A DNA stretch of 63,687 nucleotides, the filler included, from Atractiella rhizophila (Eukaryota), in assembly GCA_021432655.1 (NCBI GenBank). It is 3 parts of 3 records of this genome, joined end to end, with 100 filler letters (N's around TTAATTAATTAA, not from the genome) between each part and the next. Parts side by side here need not be neighbours in the genome. Positions count along the whole stretch, not along the records: positions 1 to 30,384 come from MU271557.1; 2 more parts are not named here. One strand, given 5' to 3'. This document shows positions 11,892 to 23,900 of the stretch, in pieces. Numbering within the stretch: position 1 is the first letter of the stretch; each line of letters starts with the position of its first letter. Position numbers and translations under genes: made by a program. The notes below the pieces were generated by a model. It did not search any database, was not told where the DNA came from, and worked only from the letters and a program-made list of their open reading frames with translations.

Positions 11892-13888
11892 CTATGAGAT
11901 GACGCATTCGCTCTCAGCTTGCTGCCTCGTCGGCCTACTGAGCTGCTGCTGTTGCGGCTTTTGACCCTTCTTCTTCGGCTGGCTCTCAATCTTCTTCAAC
12001 TCCGTCAATCGTTGCATCGCTCTCTTGTTTCCTTGGGCTATCACCCACCATTCACATCAATTAACATCCTACCCGGAAAAGGAAGAAGAGAGAGACGGAC
12101 CAGCAGCACGCATATACCACTTCTTCGCCTCGTCCACATCCTGTTTCACCCCAATCCCAACTTCCGAATAATACCCCACCGCATACTCAGCCTTCGGCAG
12201 ACCCTTATTCGCCGCCCGTCTAGCCCAGAGGTACGCCTCGGTATCAGACTGTTTAAGGACTCCCTCACTTCCAGTGAGGTACCAACCGCTCAACGCGAGC
12301 TCGCTCTCCTTATCCCCCCTCTCCGCCGCCCGTGTATACCAAGCGATCGACCGCCTGGGGTCGACAGGACAAGTGAGGTTTCCATATTCGTACGCCTGCC
12401 CCAACCGATTCTGCGACGGCGCATGTCCGAGTTGTGCGGCCTGCGTAAACAGTTCTCGCGCCTGCGCTTCGTCCTGTATCACCCCAGAGCCGGCCAGCGT
12501 GGGATCCGTGCGTTGTTCGAAGAGGAGCCCGAGTTCGTGTAACGCGTGAGGCGTGTCTTCGTCCGCTTGCGACGCTGCGCGCTTCAACCACCCCACTGCG
12601 TCCTTTGGATTCGGTTTCTGGCCCAATAGACCGTTGAGGAGGATGATTCCCAACTTGTACATTCCCGCGGTATCACCTAGAGCAGAGGCCTTGCGATAGA
12701 AGAGCACGGCACGATTGAGATCCCTCCTCGTTCCCGCTCCCAACTCGTTACATACCGCCGTCCGGTATGTGGCTGATGGATGGTTCTGCTTCGACGCTTG
12801 GACGTAAAGGTTGTACGCTTTTTCGTGGTCGACTTGCAATCCGAGGGTTCCATGAGAGAGACAATTGGCCAGGAAGAACTGAGCCTCTGCGAAAGCGGGT
12901 TTCCCCAACCCAGTTCCCTGGGTAGCTAAACGCTTGACCAACTTGAGACTCTCCTGCAACAACGAGTCCCTATACTTCTTCAACATCTTCTCATCACCCT
13001 GTCCAGGCTTAATATTCCTCGACAACTGTTTAGCAGCCTCGATCAAGTACTTTGCGAATATGAATTGCGTCTCGGGATCCGTATCATTTTTTATCCGATT
13101 CCGATAATCGTCAATCGCCTCCTTCGTAATAGGTGTTCCGTCCCCCCTCGTCCCTCCTCCTCTCTCCGTCGGAGCGAAGTTAACAGGTCGTCTCTGAGAC
13201 GCCATCGAACGTCCAGAGATGGACGGCGCGCCAGAACCGCCGCCGTACATCGATCCTCCGGAGGCGAAAGTATGTTGGGAGAGTGCGGCGGAAGTGAGGG
13301 AAGAAGGACCAGGGGCGCCATACGGAGGCTGTTGAAACGAGTTAGGGTCTGGATATCCGTACTGAGCATTCGGATCGTAGTATCCTCCACCTCCACCTCC
13401 ACCTCCTTGAGCATACGGATCGCCATAGTATCCTCCGCCGGGACCTCCTTGGGGATACGGAGAGGCGGAACGGTAGGGATCTTGTTGGAGGAACTGTTGT
13501 TGTGCATGCGGATCGTAGTACGGATCGTTGACTGGAGGCTGGACGTGCAGATTTGGAGGAGAGGGCGCGTAGGGATCGGAGTTGCGCGAGCCTTGGGGAC
13601 TGTGGCCGTGCTGCGAATCGGAGCGGTAGGGAACTTGGGAGTAAGGGTCCTGTGGAGAGTAATGCTGCGGCGGGTACTGTTGAGGTTGGGATTGCGAGTA
13701 CGGGTCTTGTGGATGTGGGTAGGGATGTTGTCCGTATTGTGGACCGCGTGGGTGCTGTTGTGGATGTTGGGGGTAGGGAGATGGAGTAGTGGACGGTCGA
13801 TATGGATCCTGACCAGCACCAGAATCGTCGGGACCATACTACTCCCATACAACTCATTAGTATTAGCATAACATATCAACCCATCCAT
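11892..13888 (-). pseudogene. 5'-truncated copy of Skt5/Chs4 (duplication product, probably an assembly haplotig)
   Basis: Encodes the same Sel1-repeat region as 15849-18268 but lacks the first exons; it begins inside an intron at the duplication junction. Confidence 0.75.
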
Positions 13889-15216
13889 AGGCCACATGCA
13901 GGTTGTTAAGAATCTTAGTTATGTAGCGGCGACTTTTCTGGATATACCAGCCAACAATGTTGCCGTCCTCCAAAGAAAAGACGAGCTTTTCGAGCTCGCT
14001 GCTGGACAACATTACCTTACGACTGCTTCGGTGACTATTCGTGGATTCTACACAAAGGGAGAGGTGCAACAAGAGCTGGAGTGCGACAATATCTACACTC
14101 GAGGTCTGATATTCAGTCCCTTCTTTCTCAGATCCTGAAAGACTGGATTGTAGATCAAGTCCCCGTCTGGCTGAGGATGTACCTGCGCTACGAGCTCCTC
14201 CGACCCTTAGAACTCGCACGCCATGGATACAAAACACCTTTTGACTCTTTGCAGGACAAGACACGCAGTATTCTCACACAAATTCTCGCTCACCTCGATT
14301 ACAGCATGATGGCAAAGTCTCGAAACGCTGCACCGGAACTGCTGGCCGATGGTACAGCTGCAGATGAGGAAGATCCAAGTTCTGTTTTCGTCAGCGCGGT
14401 GCGAAGAGAAGCGACAGATGAACTTAAAGTGTGCCTTACATCTTGGTGCCTTATATAACAGGACTAACGGAAGGACAGGTCGTTGCCGCTGAGTATGGGA
14501 TCAAGCTGGAGGATCTTGCCATTATCGACAGAAAGTTCAAGGGAGAGATAGCTGCTAAGATGAACTCTCTCACGACCCGAGCACTGGAGGCGCAAGTGGA
14601 ATCTGCGAATCTGGGTATTTGTCCAGTTTCCACACCGATTCCAATTCTGACTGATGGACAGACCGCGAGAACGCAAACAGGCGGCGCAAGCAAGAAGGTG
14701 ATGCCAGAGTTTTGGAGTTGCAAAATGCAATGAAGAGGGTACAGCCTCCCTTTCTGGAGTCATACATTAGCGCTGATGACCCTGCAGGCCACTGCAGAAA
14801 CCGAAGCAGCCAATACACTTGCTGCAGCTCGTGGTATGTTGCTTTGCGCATCTTTCATGCCACTCAGATCTAACTGTGATGCCTGTAGCTCGTGCTGAAG
14901 CATTAACGATTCAAGCTGAAGCCGAAGGACGAGCGATCCGTCTTCGAGCTGATGCTGAGGCTGAGGCAGTACGAATCAGGGGAGAAGCAGACAAGGAGGT
15001 CACCTCGCTCTATGCACAAGATATCGCCAAACGCCGCGTCGAAGTGGAGAGGACGAAGGCGTTTGGAAATCGCACTGTCTTTGCCCCGCTGGAGGCGATG
15101 AGCAATGGTGGAGTGGGTGGATTTGCTGCTCTTGGAATGCTGTCTCAAACTCAACAGCCTGCGAAGTATGTCCTTCCTCCTTCTCAATGCTCATGACTTA
15201 CCGCGCCTTTAGGTAA
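13889..15216 (+). pseudogene. 5'-truncated second copy of the SPFH gene
   Basis: Starts mid-exon at GHMQVVKNLSY; otherwise matches 9934-11261. Confidence 0.75.
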
Positions 15217-15848
15217 CGTTGAAAGGTTTTTGACGAATGGACAATACCACAAAGGATACTCTTTCATTGACTGATTTCTCTCAGTCGTTCGTTCAAATGA
15301 CCAAACCATCCCTGATACACTGATATTCAGTACTCTTAATTATTCCGTTCGCCAGCCTCGCCAGTACCTTGTAATTTTAGCTCAGTCTATCCGCAATTGC
15401 CCACGTTTGTACTTTGAATCGAATTGTTGCAATTCCGTTGATTATAATGCACATCATACGTCACGTCAAATCATTAAATAACTCTCTCTCTCGTCCGATT
15501 CACACCATACTTATACCAGAATGGTACTCTCAATCAAGCTCAATCACCAACGAGTCGAACAAACCATGGCAGGTCGAATATCGAAACTCCTTCAATCGAA
15601 GAAGAGAAAAGGAAGGGACAAGCAGGAAGGTTGGATATGTACGGATCAAAGGGAACAAATGGTACACAAAACTGTAAAATTTTGAGAGAAGTAGGTTTGA
15701 AAGGATAGCAAAAAATTGAATTCGCCATCATTCATCCCGAGAAACCAGGTATAGCGCCGTTCCAATCTGTATATTAGAAGGAAACGGTCTCATTACATCG
15801 GTAAAAGTGGACTACGTGCCGTCGAAATGAGACGGGAGAGGAAAAGCC

Positions 15849-18268
15849 CTATGAGATGACGCATTCGCTTTCAGCTTGCTGCCTCGTCGGCCTACTGAGC
15901 TGCTGCTGTTGCGGCTTTTGACCCTTCTTCTTCGGCTGACTCTCAATCTTCTTCAACTCCGTCAATCGTTGCATCGCTCTCTTGTTTCCTTGGGCTATCA
16001 CCCACCAATCACATCAATTAACATCCGGCCTGGAAAAGGAGGAGGAGAGACGGACCAGCAGCACGCATATACCACTTCTTCGCCTCGTCCACATCCTGTT
16101 TCACCCCAATCCCAACTTCCGAATAGTACCCCACAGCATACTCCGCCTTCGGCAGACCCTTATTCGCCGCCCGTCTAGCCCAGAGGTACGCCTCGGTATC
16201 AGACTGTTTAAGGACGCCCTCGCTTCCAGTGAGGTACCAACCACTCAACGCGAGCTCACTCTCCTTATCCCCCCTCTCCGCCGCCCGAGTATACCAAGCG
16301 ATCGACCGCCTCGGGTCGACAGGACAAGTGAGGTTTCCATATTCGTACGCCTGCCCCAACCGATTCTGCGACGGCGCATGTCCGAGTTGTGCGGCCTGCG
16401 TAAACAGTTCTCGCGCCTGCGCTTCGTCCTGTATCACCCCAGAGCCGGCCAGCGTGGGATCCGTGCGTTGTTCGAAGAGGAGCCCGAGTTCGTGTAACGC
16501 GTGAGGCGTGTCTTCGTCCGCTTGCGATGCTGCGCGCTTCAACCACCCCACTGCGTCCTTCGGGTTCGGTTTCTGGCCCAACAGACCGTTGAGGAGGATG
16601 ATTCCCAACTTGTACATTCCCGCGGTATCACCTAGAGCAGAGGCCTTGCGATAGAAGAGCACGGCACGATTGAGATCCCTCCTCGTTCCCGCTCCCAACT
16701 CGTTACATACCGCCGTCCGGTATGTGGCTGATGGATGGTTCTGCTTCGACGCTTGGACGTAAAGGTTGTACGCTTTTTCGTGGTCGACTTGCAATCCGAG
16801 GGTTCCATGAGAGAGACAATTGGCCAGGAAGAACTGAGCCTCTGCGAAAGCGGGTTTCCCCAACCCAGTTCCCTGGGTAGCTAAACGCTTGACCAGCTTG
16901 AGACTCTCCTGCAACAACGAGTCCCTATACTTCTTCAACATCTTCTCATCACCCTGTCCAGGCTTAATATTCCTCGACAACTGTTTAGCAGCCTCGATCA
17001 AGTACTTTGCGAATATGAATTGCGTCTCGGGATCCGTATCATTTTTTATCCGATTCCGATAATCGTCAATCGCCTCCTTCGTAATAGGTGTTCCGTCCCC
17101 CCTCGTCCCTCCTCCTCTCTCCGTCGGAGCGAAGTTAACAGGTCGTCTCTGAGACGCCATCGAACGTCCAGAGATGGACGGCGCGCCAGAACCGCCGCCG
17201 TACATCGATCCTCCGGAGGCGAAAGTATGTTGGGAGAGTGCGGCGGAAGTGAGGGAAGATGGACCAGGGGCGCCGTACGGAGGCTGTTGAAACGAGTTAG
17301 GGTCTGGATATCCGTACTGACCATTCGGATCGTAGTATCCTCCACCTCCACCTCCACCTCCTTGAGCGTACGGATCGCCATAGTATCCTCCGCCGGGACC
17401 TCCTTGGGGATACGGAGAGGCGGAACGGTAGGGATCTTGTTGGAGGAACTGTTGTTGTGCATGCGGATCGTAGTACGGATCGTTGACTGGAGGCTGGACG
17501 TGCAGATTTGGAGGAGAGGGCGCGTAGGGATCGGAGTTGCGCGAGCCTTGGGGACTGTGGCCGTGCTGCGAATCGGAGCGGTAGGGAACTTGGGAGTAAG
17601 GGTCCTGTGGAGAGTAATGCTGCGGCGGGTAGTGTTGAGGTTGGGATTGCGAGTACGGGTCTTGTGGATGTGGGTAGGGATGTTGTCCGTATTGTGGACC
17701 GCGTGGGTGCTGTTGTGGATGTTGGGGGTAGGGAGATGGAGTAGTGGACGGTCGATATGGATCCTGACCAGCACCAGAATCGTCGGGACCGTACTACTCC
17801 CATACATCTCATTAGTATTAGCATAACATATCAACCCATCCATTCACATCAGCGAGAGAGGAAAAGAAACGCACATAGTCATCCATAACATCACTGTACC
17901 CCCCATTCGAACTCATCGTCCCATTCCGATCGAGCCCACCAGCACCAGCTCTCCCTCCATTATTCCTCACAGAATCCATCCTCATATTCCCCATCCCGAC
18001 AGCCAAATCATCCACACTCCCCTCAGGCAGCGGCGGCGGCTGTTCTCGTCCCGGATGCGCATGCAAGTTCGGAGTGGAGGCGTTCAGTTGCGCACCCAGC
18101 GATCGCTGGCGGGGTGGAGGACGGACGACGTCGTTGGGATCTGCGTTTCGTTCCACACGATATAATAAGTCAGTCGAAGAAGATACATGTCTGGAGTGGA
18201 TGGCCAGACTCACCGCGAGGCAGTCCTGCGCGTGGGTTGGATGGCAGGCCAACATGGGGAGCTGACAT
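15849..18268 (-). CDS. SKT5: Chitin synthase activator Skt5/Chs4 (Sel1-like repeats) with C-terminal CaaX motif
   Basis: MSAPHVGLPSNPRAGLPR| first exon, a P/Y/Q-rich region, then EAQFFLANC, AYNLYVQASKQNHPSATYRTAVCNELG, SIAWYTRAAERGDKESELALSGWYLTG, AEYAVGYYSEVGIG. Ends ...ECVIS* (prenylation signal as in yeast Chs4). Confidence 0.93.
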
Positions 18269-18477
18269 CTTCGCAGTTGGACGTTTCGCTCTGCTATGAT
18301 AAGACCAGATGCTCAGCCGTGTAGCTGTTGGGGCAGAAGAAGAGTAACAAGAGTAAAACAGGGGGTTGCTGGGGAGGTGGACTGATGTAAAAGCTGTGAG
18401 CGTAGTTTCAGCGGAAGTCCGGTATCCTCCCGTGTGACTGTGTTTCTCGTTGTATTCTTGAGTTTGCATAGATCAAC

Positions 18478-19180
18478 TTGGTAATCATGACAGCCTGCAT
18501 TGTGACGCAGGGCAGGGAAATACATCCATTAGAGGCTTAGTTTCAAAGTGAAGAAGTTTGGGTTTGGCGGGAGAGAGCTGTAAATGTTTGACATGATGAG
18601 AGCAAAGGTGAGTTTCAGCCAGAAGAATGCGTTGGATGTAGGAGGGGTTGTTCTGTTGGGGACAGAAGAGCGCTTCTAAACTTCTAACCAACTTGAGCCT
18701 TCAGTCTGCAAGGTGCTCATCTCTGTGCGCTTTATAATAAATTATGTTCAAGAGACTTTCTTCGCTCTTCCAGCCCCAGCTACTGGCTTGAAAGAGTGCA
18801 GTAAGCTCTCACTGACAGCGCGTGATAAGATGCGCCTGCCTTCTATTCTTGCCGCACTCCTCCCTAATTTAAGGATACTGCGAAACAAAGGCGAAACTTA
18901 TTGCACTCAACAATAGATACACCTGCTATTGATGCGAAGGATTGTGTGCTGATCATGAAAACGATAAAGGGGTGCTTCTTTATAAACTGCCGTCATATTT
19001 CCTTTTCATTGCTTGTGATCGAAAGCTGAGTGGAGTGATGAGGACAATACAGGATGACCTTGCATCTTCTTAAAATATGTAGAGATCATAGATTGATAGA
19101 TATGTTGTGTCGTCGGATTGGGGTTAGCTGAAAAGCTTGTGAGCTTGTTATCGCTGATGTTATTTCAGGCTACATGCCCT
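18478..19180 (+). repeat. Diverged direct repeat, copy A; partner at about 21514-22330
   Basis: Collinear blocks shared with copy B: TTGGTAATCA.GACAGCCT.CATTGTG.CGCAGGGCAGGGAAATACATCCA; GAAGTTTGGGTTTGGC; GAGCCTTCAGTCTGCA..; TCATCTCTGTGCGCTTTATAATAAATTATGT; CTAATTTAAGG....TGCGAAACAA; GAGTGGAGTGATGA. The right end is approximate. Confidence 0.85.
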
Positions 19181-19487
19181 GTGACGAGGAGTCCCATGAT
19201 CGTTGAATGTGAGGGGGAGTGTATGAGGTGCGATGAAAACGAGGATTGTATTGACACGTCACGTCCGGACGTTTACCTTCCACCTTTTAGCCAACCCAAG
19301 CGCACTGGCGAATCCATCTCCATCGCTCTCTTACACACATTACACTCCACCCATGCCGCGCGATGTGCCTTCTCATCCCCATCCTATCACCGATCTCCCT
19401 GATGCAGTTGTGATGGCTCAAGTTTCGTGCGACGATGCAACACAGGCAAGATGTGCTTCTTGCTTAGCTTTCCTCATCTAAAAAGCA

Positions 19488-21251
19488 ATGTATGGCAAGG
19501 TGACAGAGCAGCAAACATCCACGGATGCCCAGGAACAAAATTCGATCGCACTTGTCAATGTCATCACCCCAGAAGGGGAATGGTTTTATAGTCCTAGTCC
19601 TTCGATCTACCTCTCCATTCTCCCCTCATTCTTTTCTCGTTTACCTCCCTCAATTGACACCCTCCACATCACTTTTGTCTTCCCTCTTGGCGTCACGACC
19701 AATGGTATTGCAACGCTGGACTCGAAATTGACCTATCTATCACTTGAATGTGTTGAAACTGCAAGGGACAAGGATAGCGTTCTGAACCTTTGCGTCACGT
19801 TCAATTTTGAAAATATCACGGTAACATTTGGCAAACAACCTGCATCTCTCGGTCGGACCTCTCGGATGTACTGGTGGGGCCCAAAATCTTGGACTTGGGC
19901 GGACCCGTTCACTTGCACGATTCCTGTCCCTCCAGAAACTCGCTCTCGGGGCATCTTCGAACCAGTCGCCTTACTCTGCACAAGCTGCCCGTCACGCTTC
20001 GTCCCTATCTATGATGACAAATCGCCACTTTGTCACAGCCCTTCGACCATTATACAACTCTCCCTCCCTACCGCTTCCAGGATCTGTTCGATTTCACGCC
20101 TACCTGTCGAGCTTATCTCTCTCATTTTTGACTTCGTGAAACTCAACAAGCCATGGGACACGTTGTGCCTGCGTTCCACCATCAGTACCGTCTGCAAGCT
20201 CTGGATGACTCTTTCAGTGCCTTATTGGTGGGAACCTTTGACCATCAAGGGGAAGCATGCTCGCTTGAAGCTGTATCCTAATGCTAGCCGTCTATGGGGC
20301 AGGCTATGGTTTAAAGCAGATGTTAATGTCGGGATGGCGAAAGAGGTCAGCAGCAGCGTGCAAAATGTTAGGGAGGTGTGGTTTGAGGCGTTTTGGAATA
20401 AGAAGGATGCGGGGATGCTCTTGAATGCAATTGCGACTTCAACAGTGGAGAGGGTGACTTTTGGACATAAAGGTTTGAGAAAGTGGGGGAAGGAGGAGGT
20501 AGAGAACTTTATGAGTAGGATGAAAGAGAGTATCAAGAGTAGGAGGGAAGGGAGCATTAAGTGGCTTGTCGCTCATGATGTGGAGGACTCTTGTTCCTCC
20601 TCCTGTGACCCCTCAGCATCAACCGGCCTTCCATTACCTTCTGACCTTACAATCCTGGTACTTAAAAAGTACCCACATCTATCCTCACTCTCTCTCCCAC
20701 AGACACTGCAAAACCTGACTTTAGCCAATATGTGTCCCCTCCCTCCATCCATCTTAAGCCATCCTCTGCCACCTGCTCTGACAATTCTCTCGATCAAACT
20801 CGCCCCATTCTCGTCTGGCAGAAAGATCTCCATCCTACCCGCTCCGCTCGACTTATCACACCTCAAGCATCTCTCTGACATTGTCCTCGATGGGGGGGAA
20901 GAAACCTCAAATCTTACAGGTTGGAAGTTCTTCCGCGCTCTAAAAAGTGCAACGGGGATAGGTAATATATCACTTTCATACTGTACAGTAGACCTATTCG
21001 ATTTTCAAGACTTCGTCCCCTGGTTCTTTGCCGATCGTTGGGTGATAAGAGTCAAGGAGGATGGATCTGAAGAGAAAAAATTCAGGGCCGGAACAAAACT
21101 CCTTATTCTTTTATTCTTTGGCGACTGGCAGGATGAGGAGTTTCGGAATGCCACGAGGGCGATGAGAGAGTGTGGATGGACTGAGGAGTGGGAATCGAGA
21201 GTTTGGGAGGAGTCTGTGGAGGAGGAGGAGAGGAGTCCTGTGGAGCAGTGA
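19488..21251 (+). CDS. F-box-like protein with C-terminal LRR-like region
   Basis: 587-codon ORF containing ISRLPVELISLIFDFV...ISTVCKLW (F-box consensus) followed by LPxxLxxLxL repeats. The true start and any 5' introns are uncertain. Confidence 0.7.
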   Translation: MYGKVTEQQTSTDAQEQNSIALVNVITPEGEWFYSPSPSIYLSILPSFFSRLPPSIDTLHITFVFPLGVTTNGIATLDSKLTYLSLECVETARDKDSVLNLCVTFNFENITVTFGKQPASLGRTSRMYWWGPKSWTWADPFTCTIPVPPETRSRGIFEPVALLCTSCPSRFVPIYDDKSPLCHSPSTIIQLSLPTASRICSISRLPVELISLIFDFVKLNKPWDTLCLRSTISTVCKLWMTLSVPYWWEPLTIKGKHARLKLYPNASRLWGRLWFKADVNVGMAKEVSSSVQNVREVWFEAFWNKKDAGMLLNAIATSTVERVTFGHKGLRKWGKEEVENFMSRMKESIKSRREGSIKWLVAHDVEDSCSSSCDPSASTGLPLPSDLTILVLKKYPHLSSLSLPQTLQNLTLANMCPLPPSILSHPLPPALTILSIKLAPFSSGRKISILPAPLDLSHLKHLSDIVLDGGEETSNLTGWKFFRALKSATGIGNISLSYCTVDLFDFQDFVPWFFADRWVIRVKEDGSEEKKFRAGTKLLILLFFGDWQDEEFRNATRAMRECGWTEEWESRVWEESVEEEERSPVEQ

Positions 21252-21513
21252 TGGAGAAGGCACACTAAGGATTTCGACTTAGGCTCCAAAGACGGCGACT
21301 TGGAAGGCCAGGTACAGGTATCAACCTTGCTCCTGGTATCCGAGAAAGAAGACGGAGTACCTGCGGACTGGAAGGAACTGCGAGACATTCTGAGGCCGCC
21401 AGCCATCACTTGAACTTACCAGCTCCAGCTGGATGAAAGATCAAGATCATAGAGCCCCAGTAGGAAACACATCTGTTAACCTCTATGTGTTGCCTTGTCG
21501 TCATCTGTTGAAT

Positions 21514-22330
21514 TTGGTAATCAGGACAGCCTACATTGTGCCGCAGGGCAGGGAAATACATCCAATGGAGGGTTGGTAGTTGCTGCTCAAAGGGAGGAAG
21601 TTTGGGTTTGGCACGAGAGAGCTGTAGATGTTTGACATGATGAAAAGGTTAGAAGAATGGTAGAGGTTAGAAGAATGGTAGAGTGGGTTGGAGCGCTGTT
21701 CTGCTGAGAAAAGAGAACTGCGCTTCTGAACTTCTTGAGCCTTCAGTCTGCAGTGTGGTCATCTCTGTGCGCTTTATAATAAATTATGTCCAGGAAACTT
21801 CTTCACTTCTCCAGCCCCAACCACTCACTTGAAAGAGGTACAGTACCTCTCAGCCACAGCGCAGACGTGCAGTGATAAAAGAAGATGCGCAGGCCATCTA
21901 TTCTTGCTCTCCTCTCTAATTTAAGGGTGCTGCGAAACAAGAGCGAGACTTATCGCAACTGGTCATTTACGTGCGTGCTACGTATTGCTATTGATGGCTC
22001 CTGGAGGACGAATGGCATGTGGTGTGGGAACTATAACCGAGAGGGTGTCGGCTTGTTTATATACAGCTTGCCTCCATCAGGGTTTCCCGAAAACACTGTA
22101 GTTTATGTACATGTGTCAGTGCACCAGGAGATTCGAAGTGAGTGGAGTGATGAAGGCAAAAGTAAAAGAGATGGAACTGTGAGGTGCGTCTTTACAAAAG
22201 TCGTTGCGTTTGAAGGGGGATTCTGTTCAGCTCCTTTCGGATGGATGCAAGGGAACGACTTTCTTTGCACCCATTGGGATGGAGGCTGAGCTGAAAACCG
22301 TCTAAAGCTTCTGAGCGGTGACGGGCCTGT
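21514..22330 (+). repeat. Diverged direct repeat, copy B; contains a 2x18-nt tandem AGGTTAGAAGAATGGTAG at 21646-21681
   Basis: Same collinear blocks as copy A, with many substitutions and indels. Confidence 0.85.
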
Positions 22331-22764
22331 CAATATTAACTCTTTTGTTCAGCCGCATGCCTCGACGACTAGAGGTTCTACGTTCTAGTTCGCACAAGTG
22401 AAGTGACCACAGTCATCGCATCATTTTCTCCCACTCCCCTTTTCACATTTTACATGAACTTTTACGTCGCGTAGACGAAAGGTAAACGGTGAGGACTCGC
22501 GATTCCCTGTTGTAAACTCAAAAGTTTCACAACTTCTCTTTATGCTTGTATTTCTTCGGTACAAGTGCATTACTTCAAGTCATTGTCAATGTTCCCGGAG
22601 GTCTACGATAGTGACACTCTGCCCTACAACTCTTATGCCACATTTTTTCTCATTGCAAAGGGACATTCAGCACCAAGCGACGTCGTGAACCCGTTTTTAC
22701 AAAGATAGTTCCAAAGACAGTGGTATTTGTGGTTACAAAATCAACCGTGGCCCAATTCCATAAT

Positions 22765-23900
22765 TTAAGACAGACCCCTGTAGGTTCCGACTTGGGCAGC
22801 CATCCTGGTTCCCTGTCCGGTCGTGAACTGGGTCATGCAGCTATCGTCGGAGTAATCCATATCTATCCCACACCATTAGCTCCATGTGTCTCTTGAATGA
22901 CGACGTATAAAGACTCACAGTTGTGGATGGAGTCAACTCCACCTCCAGTGCAGGAGTCCTTGCCAGTCGGGCAACCGTAGCTGGCGGTCTTCTGGGGAGG
23001 AGTATCGCTGACTTGGTCGTAGTCGCTGCAGGACGTTCCATAGTCATCGAAGACGTGGTACAATCCGAACCAGTGACCGGCTGATCAGTACTGTCAGTCA
23101 AGCTGGAGTAGAGAGCAGGAGAATTTATCATACCCTCGTGCGTCAAAGTGGCTCCAAGGTTGTAGGGAGAAGCAGTTCCTCCGGGGAGGGAAGAGTACAG
23201 AATGACACATCCGTCGTTTGTTGGGTCGGAGCTGTAGTCCGAAGGGAAAGTGGAGTATCCGAGAAGCCCAGAGCCGTCGTTGAATCCAACCTATTTATCT
23301 TTTCAATCTTAATCAACCGACTGGGGGGGACGTACGGTGTAGACGTTGAGGTCAGCAGCGCTTCCTTGACGAAGCTGCTTCTTCATCGCGGTGTTGTAGC
23401 TGGTGCCATCGTTCGCCTTGTTGAACCTAGTCAAACAGAATTAGCTTCGAAGGTGGAGGAGGACATTCGGTTGCATACCAGGTAGATTGCTGGGTCCTCG
23501 TGGTTCCAGCAAGTTTGAAGGAGATGCCGACAGATGCGTAGTCAGAGTTGAGCACAGCGCTGAGAGAACACTGTCAGGGACCAACAAGTGTCGTTTAGTG
23601 GAAGCATACATCTGGTTGGCAATTTGAGTGTCAGAGACGTATCCCTGGCTGGCGCTCGTCGAGGCGTAGATAACGTGGAAGTAGACGTTGACAACGTTGG
23701 AAAGTTTGGCCGCGGAAGAGCCGACCCTGGACGCCTTGGAGGCGAGAGAGTAGTCTTCCAAAGTCTTTCCCTTGGCAGCGAGGATAGCCTCGAACTCCTT
23801 GGTGTGAGCAGCAACTTGCTCAGACGTGACCGTGGTACCGCAAGACCTGTTCGTCAAGCCATCTCAGTTGTTGTCACTGTCGTTGAACCAAGGAACGTAC
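22765..23900 (-). CDS. Peptidase M43 (pappalysin-like fungal MEP1) zinc metalloprotease; 5' exon(s) and signal peptide missing
   Basis: SCGT pro-peptide motif, [41 protein letters not shown], spliced [12 protein letters not shown] zinc motif, VSDTP, Met-turn [14 protein letters not shown], and ...YRGLS*. Confidence 0.9.

Larger units (their letters stand above)
9933..17843. repeat. Near-identical tandem duplication, 3955-nt unit (9933-13888 / 13888-17843)
   Basis: Direct comparison shows both copies begin TAGGCCACATGCAGG and end ATCAACCCATCCAT, with scattered SNPs and small indels. The unit holds the 3' half of the SPFH gene and the 3' part of Skt5. Confidence 0.97.

Noticed and set aside
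13065..13897. Long overlapping ORFs on both strands (268 aa), repeated at 17020-17843
   Set aside because: Shadow frames of the GC-rich low-complexity Skt5 exon; the real frame is the DPY-rich one.
1867..18268. Chitosanase plus chitin-synthase activator as a chitin/chitosan gene cluster
   Set aside because: They are separated by unrelated LRO1 and SPFH genes, and no chitin synthase or deacetylase is present. Coincidence is sufficient without synteny data.
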